Assembly: GCA_963811425.1 (NCBI GenBank)
Contig: CAWERV010000002.1
Span: forward strand, 1,825-65,824
Reading direction: 5' to 3'
Length of the DNA stretch: 64,000 nucleotides
DNA from: an uncultured Acidobacteriota bacterium
GTDB taxonomy: Bacteria; Acidobacteriota; Thermoanaerobaculia; UBA5066; Gp7-AA6
Below, one piece after another: positions 59,662-64,000 of this stretch. Position numbers and translations under genes: made by a program. The notes beneath the pieces are model-generated. The model did no database searches and was not told the DNA's origin. It saw nothing but the letters and a program-made list of their open reading frames with translations. Within the stretch, counting starts at the first letter, position 1. Every line of letters begins with the position of its first letter.

Positions 59662-59742
59662 GTCATCCCGGGGCGCGTGCGCGCCGAGGGATCCCGGGCT
59701 TTCACGCTCGGGGTTCCTTGGCCCTTCGGCCCTCGGAATGAC
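59662..59742. repeat. REP/MITE-like palindromic element, copy R3
   Basis: GTCATCCCGGGGCGCGTGCGCGCCGAGGGATCCCGGG ... GGCCCTTCGGCCCTCGGAATGAC, located between dnaK and hsp20. Confidence 0.7.
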
Positions 59743-59772
59743 AGGGGATCGCGCTAAACTCTCGATACTCCC

Positions 59773-60225
59773 ATGACGGTCTTTCGCTGGAACTCGCTGC
59801 AGGACCTCTTCGCCATCCAGGAGAAGGTCAATCGGCTCTTCGAGGAGACGATTCACCGGACCGAGTTTCCCGATGACGGTCTCGACACGGCCCTCTGGTC
59901 GCCTGCGGCCGACGTCTACGAGACTCCCGAGGAGATCGTGCTCCACGTCGAGCTGCCGGGGGTGCGCCTGGAGGACGTCCGGCTCGAGGCCCTCGACGGG
60001 AAGCTGCGCGTTTCCGGACATCGGCGGGCCGACGAAGGTGTGGAGCCGCGGCACTTCGTACGCATGGAGCGCATCTACGGCAGCTTCTCCCGCGACTTTT
60101 CCGTCCCGGCCTCCCTCGAGCCCGGCGCGATCAAGGCTTCGCTGCGGGGCGGCGTGCTCCGGGTCGTGGCGCCGAAGGCCGACCGGGGCCTGGCCATCCC
60201 GGTCGAGCCGAGGAGGGCGCGTTGA
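59773..60225 (+). CDS. Hsp20/alpha-crystallin family small heat-shock protein
   Basis: 150-aa track ORF. WSPAADVYETPEEIVLHVELPGV, and F.R.F.LP-type motif (GSFSRDFSVPASL...ASLRGGVLRVVAPK). Confidence 0.92.
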   Translation: MTVFRWNSLQDLFAIQEKVNRLFEETIHRTEFPDDGLDTALWSPAADVYETPEEIVLHVELPGVRLEDVRLEALDGKLRVSGHRRADEGVEPRHFVRMERIYGSFSRDFSVPASLEPGAIKASLRGGVLRVVAPKADRGLAIPVEPRRAR

Positions 60226-60611
60226 AGCCTCGCAGCTCCTCCACGGTTCACCGCATCGGGGTCATCGCCGAGCGCTACGGCATCCATCCGCAGACCCTGC
60301 GGATGTACGAGCGGGAGGGTCTGTTGCGCCCCGCGCGGACCGAGGGCAACACCCGCCTGTACGACGCCGACACGATCGAGCGGCTGGAGATCATCCTCAC
60401 GCTGACCCGGCACCTGGGGGTCAACCTGGCGGGGGTGGAGGTGATTCTTCACATGAAGCAGCGCATGGAAACGATGCACGGGGACGTTCAGAAGATGCTC
60501 GACGTGCTGCGTGAAGAGTTCGCAAGCCGGCGCGGTTCGACCGATCGCAGCCTCGCGCTGGCACGAATTCCCGGCCGCCGCTACGCGGACGCGCGTTCGG
60601 AGGAGCGGTAG
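60222..60611 (+). CDS. hspR: MerR-family heat-shock repressor HspR-like
   Basis: 129-aa track ORF. The TTG start overlaps the hsp20 stop (TTGA). IGVIAERYGIHPQTLRMYEREGLLRPARTEGNTRLY (MerR HTH). It lies downstream of dnaK, as in HspR operons. Confidence 0.8.
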   Translation: MKPRSSSTVHRIGVIAERYGIHPQTLRMYEREGLLRPARTEGNTRLYDADTIERLEIILTLTRHLGVNLAGVEVILHMKQRMETMHGDVQKMLDVLREEFASRRGSTDRSLALARIPGRRYADARSEER

Positions 60612-60640
60612 CTCACCGAGGCGAGCGCATTGGGAGGATT

Positions 60641-62224
60641 GTGAAAAAGCCCGCGTTCGTGTTTCTCGCCGGCCTCGCACTTGCCTCCTGCGCGCTCGCC
60701 GACCTGACGAAGTACAAGGACTGGGACAAGTCTCCCGAGGCGTATTTTCTGACCCCGTCCGAACGGGCCGAATGGAAGAAGCTCACCATCGACGCCGATG
60801 CCGAGCAGTTCGTGGCGCTCTACTGGGCCCGACGCGGCGGCGAGCCGTTTCGCCAGGAGGTCGCGCGGCGGATCGCCCTGGCCGATCAGCAGTTTCCGCT
60901 GGCGCACTACAAGCGGGGGGCGGACTCGGCGCGCGGGCGTCTGCTCGTCGTCTTCGGGACGCCGTCCAGGGTGGTCCGGGGGGAGGGCGCCGGGCAGGAG
61001 CCACTAGAGGCCGGCGGACTGGACGCGCGGTTCGCCGATCAGTCCGTGGTCTTCACGTGGATCTACGAAAAGGACAAGCTCGCAGCCCTCGGGCTGCCCG
61101 AGTTGAGGGCCCGCGTCGCGGTGGATGCCGGACGAGGAACGGACAGCATCCAGAACGCGAGCGACGTCGAGAAGGCGGCGGCGGTGGCCGCCGAAAAGTC
61201 CATCGTCAAGGCCGGCGCCGCAGCCCCGGCCGCGAAGGCGGCCCCGGCACCCGCGCCGACTCCCGTGCCGGCAGCGCTCCCGGCGCCGGCGAGGTCCGCC
61301 CTTGCCGGGGCAGCGGGAAAGACCGACGAGGCCACTTCCTTCTGGTCGGGGGTGTTCCGGTCGCCGGTGGGCGACCGGTTCTTCGCGATTCAGTTCTACC
61401 TGCCGTCGGATCAGCCTGCCTTTTCCGCCGGCACACCACTCAAGCTGGGAGCGATCGTCACGGACGAAGGGGGCAAGGAAGTCCTCGCCGTCTGGGAGGA
61501 CGCGGCGTTTTCCGAGGTCACCGAGGGCCCGCGCAAGGATCGCGTTGTCGACCGCTCGATTCTGCTGCCGCCCGGCCAGTACCGGGGAGTGTTCGGGCTC
61601 TTTGCCTCCGAAGCGGAGCCCCCCGTGGCCATCGCGACGGCCGCATTCCGCCTGGAGCCCCGGTCCGGCGACTTCGGCGTCTCGCCCCTCATCCTCGCCA
61701 ATGCCTATGTGCCCATGACCCGACGGCCCGGCCCGACGGATCCTTTCGTCTTCGGGACCGATAAGCCAATCAAGTTCGAGCCGAAGGGGGATCGCCGATT
61801 CCTCGGGTCCGAAAGTCTCTGGTATCTCTATGCCGTCGAGAACCCGGCCGCCGCCGCGCCCCCTGCCGATGCGGCTCCGGCCGCCGACGGGGCTGCTCCT
61901 GCACCTTCGAAGCCGCGGGTCATGGCGCGCATCAGCGTGCAGAGGGATGGCAAGGATGCCTTCCGGCCGAGCACGGCGCCAGCGGATCTCGTCGAGATTG
62001 CGTCCGGCTACTTCACGGCGGGCGGTGAGATCCCTCTCGCCTCGTTCGAACCTGGCTACTACACGTTTGCGATCACGGTGCGGGACCTCAACGCGCCGAA
62101 GGAGTCGCTAGCCGGTGTCGGCCTCGAGCGGAAGCAGGACTTCGTGGTTCTCAAGCCGGACGGCAGCCTGCCGGACCGGCCCAAGCCTGCCGCGGCTCCG
62201 ACCCCGAAACCCAAGAAGCCCTAG
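60641..62224 (+). CDS. secreted GWxTD-domain-like protein (diverged) with Ala/Pro-rich linker
   Basis: 527-aa track ORF with a GTG start, GGGAGGA RBS and a signal/lipobox-like LAGLALASC. FLTPSERAEWKKLTIDADAEQFVALYWARRG ... GADSARGRLLVVFGTPSRV resembles the GWxTD family, but the signature is degenerate. Confidence 0.5.
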   Translation: MKKPAFVFLAGLALASCALADLTKYKDWDKSPEAYFLTPSERAEWKKLTIDADAEQFVALYWARRGGEPFRQEVARRIALADQQFPLAHYKRGADSARGRLLVVFGTPSRVVRGEGAGQEPLEAGGLDARFADQSVVFTWIYEKDKLAALGLPELRARVAVDAGRGTDSIQNASDVEKAAAVAAEKSIVKAGAAAPAAKAAPAPAPTPVPAALPAPARSALAGAAGKTDEATSFWSGVFRSPVGDRFFAIQFYLPSDQPAFSAGTPLKLGAIVTDEGGKEVLAVWEDAAFSEVTEGPRKDRVVDRSILLPPGQYRGVFGLFASEAEPPVAIATAAFRLEPRSGDFGVSPLILANAYVPMTRRPGPTDPFVFGTDKPIKFEPKGDRRFLGSESLWYLYAVENPAAAAPPADAAPAADGAAPAPSKPRVMARISVQRDGKDAFRPSTAPADLVEIASGYFTAGGEIPLASFEPGYYTFAITVRDLNAPKESLAGVGLERKQDFVVLKPDGSLPDRPKPAAAPTPKPKKP

Positions 62225-62234
62225 CTCTGTACGT

Positions 62235-62320
62235 GTCATCCCGAGGACAGCGAGGGTCCGTTTGAAGCCGAACCGTGGCAAGGAAAGGGATCCCTCGGGC
62301 CTGACGGCCCTCGGGATGAC
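62235..62320. repeat. REP/MITE-like palindromic element, copy R4 (perfect 12-bp terminal inverted repeats)
   Basis: GTCATCCCGAGG (62235-62246) ... CCTCGGGATGAC (62309-62320), with internal GCGAGGGTCC and GGGATCCCTCGGG blocks. It lies between two convergent genes. A separate 9-bp hairpin (GACGGGCGA...TCGCCCGTC, 62318-62349) follows. Confidence 0.8.
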
Positions 62321-62347
62321 GGGCGACGGCGCTTCGCGCTTCGCCCG

Positions 62348-64000
62348 TCACTCCACCCTGACGTTGGTGCGAGCGGTTCCCATCCTGCCGGTGGCGGCGT
62401 CGCGGACGTTGACGACGATGCGGTAGTTGCCCTTCTTGGTGTCGAGCCTCGCGTCGAACCGCAACATCGAGTCTCCCTGCGCCTTGTCGGTGGGAAGCGT
62501 GAACGTGATCGCCTGCTGTGAAATGTCGCTGGTCCGGCCCCGGTCGTCGATGGCGCCGACGTAGAACTCCGCGTGGGCCACCGCCTTGTCGCCGTCCGGA
62601 ACGAAGGTGAGACCCGAGGCCGGCAGCGTGACCGTGATGGGCAGGACGTACATCTTCTTCTCCTGCGTCGCGGGGGCCGCGATGATCTTGGCCGGGATCG
62701 CGGTGTAGGACAGATCGGTCTCGAGCGTGGCCCGGGCGTGATCGCCGATGATCTGCGATTCGGGAAGCTGCTCGAAGCCCCGCCGCGTGCGCACGGTCAC
62801 ACCGGGGCGGCTGACCGTCACGTCCACCTGCTGGTACCCCTTGCCTCCGAGCTGCGCGAGGTTGACGCCGATGGAGTAGTAGGTCGAGACATCCTGGTAG
62901 ATCCGTCCGAGGCCCCCTTCGAAGTCGTTGGTGTTCAGCAGTGCGACGCCGCCGGTGTCCCGGGCGAGTATCCGCAGGCCGTCCTGCCGGTCCTGGCGGG
63001 CCTGGAACGCGAGGTTCGCCCGGTTCTGGAACACATTCTGCGATCCATCCAGGGGAGCGTCCTCGGCGGTCGCGGCGTCGCTCGTGAGCCCCGTGCCGTC
63101 CACCGTGTAGAAGGTGATCCCGAAGGCGTTGGCGCGTTCGGCGAGCTCGGTCACGCGCTTGGGGATCTCGCGGACGTCGAGGTTCGTGAGCGTCGGCTGG
63201 TTGGCGGCTGCGTACTGGGCCATGACGTAACCCGGCTGAATCTCGAATCCGCCGGTGAGAAAGAGAAAGGCTCGCTTGCCGTTGAGAGGCGTGAGGGTGA
63301 TGAGCTCCTGACGCATGCTGTCGAGCATCGTCTGAATCTCGGCCCCCGTCTGGTCCGCATACTGCCGCGCGACCTGCAGGCGGGGACTCGCACTGCCGCG
63401 GCGGCTGGGGGCTCCGCTCTGGTCGATCTGCGCGATGGCCTGCCTCTGGGCCTGCAGACGGGACATCCCGACACCTTTTCGCTCGACGCTCGAGAGTGCG
63501 GCCATCGCCGACTCCTTGCTCGTCGTCCAGTCCACCAGGACGGTGGGAAGGCGGTCGAACACGACGATCCGCACGGCGTCGTTCGGGCCGAGCCGTGTCA
63601 CCAGGTCGCGCAACGCGTTCAGGCTGCGGGAGCGCTGGCCGGGCGGGAGGTAGCCGAGGTCGATGTAGATGAGGAAGTTGCGGGGCACGAAGGCCTCGCT
63701 CGACTTGCGGTAGACCGCGAGCACGTCGTCCGGCGGTGCGGATGCCAGGTCCGGAGCGTGAATCGAGCCCTGCTCGACGCGCGCGAAATACTCGATCGGG
63801 ACGACCTTTCCGCCGACCTTGACCTGGAAATCCCCGCGATTGAGGTCTGCGACCGGTTTGCCCTTTCCGTCCGTCACGTCGACGTCCAGGTCGAGTACCC
63901 GAACCTCGACACTCTCGGAGAAGGTGGGGAGGGCCTCGGTGCGCTCCTGGGCGAGCGCCGCGGCGGCGCCGAGAATCAGTGCAGTCCCGGCCGAAGCAAA
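62348..64000 (-). CDS. VWA domain protein, VWFA-related acidobacterial type (5' end beyond window)
   Basis: The track ORF starts at GTG 63877, but the frame stays open to base 64000 (my translation: FASAGTALILGAAAALAQERTEALPTFSESVEVRVLDLDVDVTDGKGKPV...). That is a signal peptide plus the family's typical N-terminal domain, so the true start is upstream of the window. Confidence 0.85.
   Translation of the reverse strand, partial: FASAGTALILGAAAALAQERTEALPTFSESVEVRVLDLDVDVTDGKGKPVADLNRGDFQVKVGGKVVPIEYFARVEQGSIHAPDLASAPPDDVLAVYRKSSEAFVPRNFLIYIDLGYLPPGQRSRSLNALRDLVTRLGPNDAVRIVVFDRLPTVLVDWTTSKESAMAALSSVERKGVGMSRLQAQRQAIAQIDQSGAPSRRGSASPRLQVARQYADQTGAEIQTMLDSMRQELITLTPLNGKRAFLFLTGGFEIQPGYVMAQYAAANQPTLTNLDVREIPKRVTELAERANAFGITFYTVDGTGLTSDAATAEDAPLDGSQNVFQNRANLAFQARQDRQDGLRILARDTGGVALLNTNDFEGGLGRIYQDVSTYYSIGVNLAQLGGKGYQQVDVTVSRPGVTVRTRRGFEQLPESQIIGDHARATLETDLSYTAIPAKIIAAPATQEKKMYVLPITVTLPASGLTFVPDGDKAVAHAEFYVGAIDDRGRTSDISQQAITFTLPTDKAQGDSMLRFDARLDTKKGNYRIVVNVRDAATGRMGTARTNVRVE

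Overview
GC-rich, densely packed bacterial chromosomal segment. By eye I call about 50 protein genes. I recognised no rRNA, tRNA, CRISPR array, transposase or integrase. The gene content points to Acidobacteriota: two VWFA-related 'acidobacterial' VWA proteins, a CarboxypepD_reg-type TonB-dependent receptor, a GWxTD-like protein and a DUF1800/DUF1501 pair. This taxonomic call is an inference, not a search result. Housekeeping blocks are clear: mdh-sucC-sucD-ndk, rho, a DEAD-box helicase, mutY, dnaK-hsp20-hspR, an envC/ctp/yibQ cluster, mazG and RNA-modification enzymes. The items I consider most worth a second look are: (1) a roughly 1,065-aa collagen-like protein with 247 uninterrupted Gly-X-(Thr/Ser) triplets, a BclA-like N-domain/rod/C-domain layout and a near-consensus promoter, containing a nearly identical 315-bp higher-order duplication and convergent with a PMT/TMTC-like TPR membrane glycosyltransferase candidate; (2) an envC-ctp-yibQ cluster in which both the M23 (EnvC) and S41 (Ctp) homologues appear to lack catalytic residues; (3) a family of about 85-bp palindromic REP/MITE-like elements (GTCATCCCGAGG...CCTCGGGATGAC), with four copies, each just past the stop codon of a gene; (4) heptamer microsatellites (TCCGAAA x4, CGGGATA x3), with a decayed copy inside the mutY coding region; (5) a perfect 26-bp inverted repeat that supplies the last codons and stops of two convergent genes; (6) a Rho whose N-terminal helix bundle is replaced by an Arg/Gly-rich low-complexity segment; (7) several genes with a -10 hexamer only 6-10 nt upstream of the start codon, suggesting leaderless transcripts. 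All family assignments come from motif recognition by eye, and all start codons are my own choices from the ORF track plus local sequence context.
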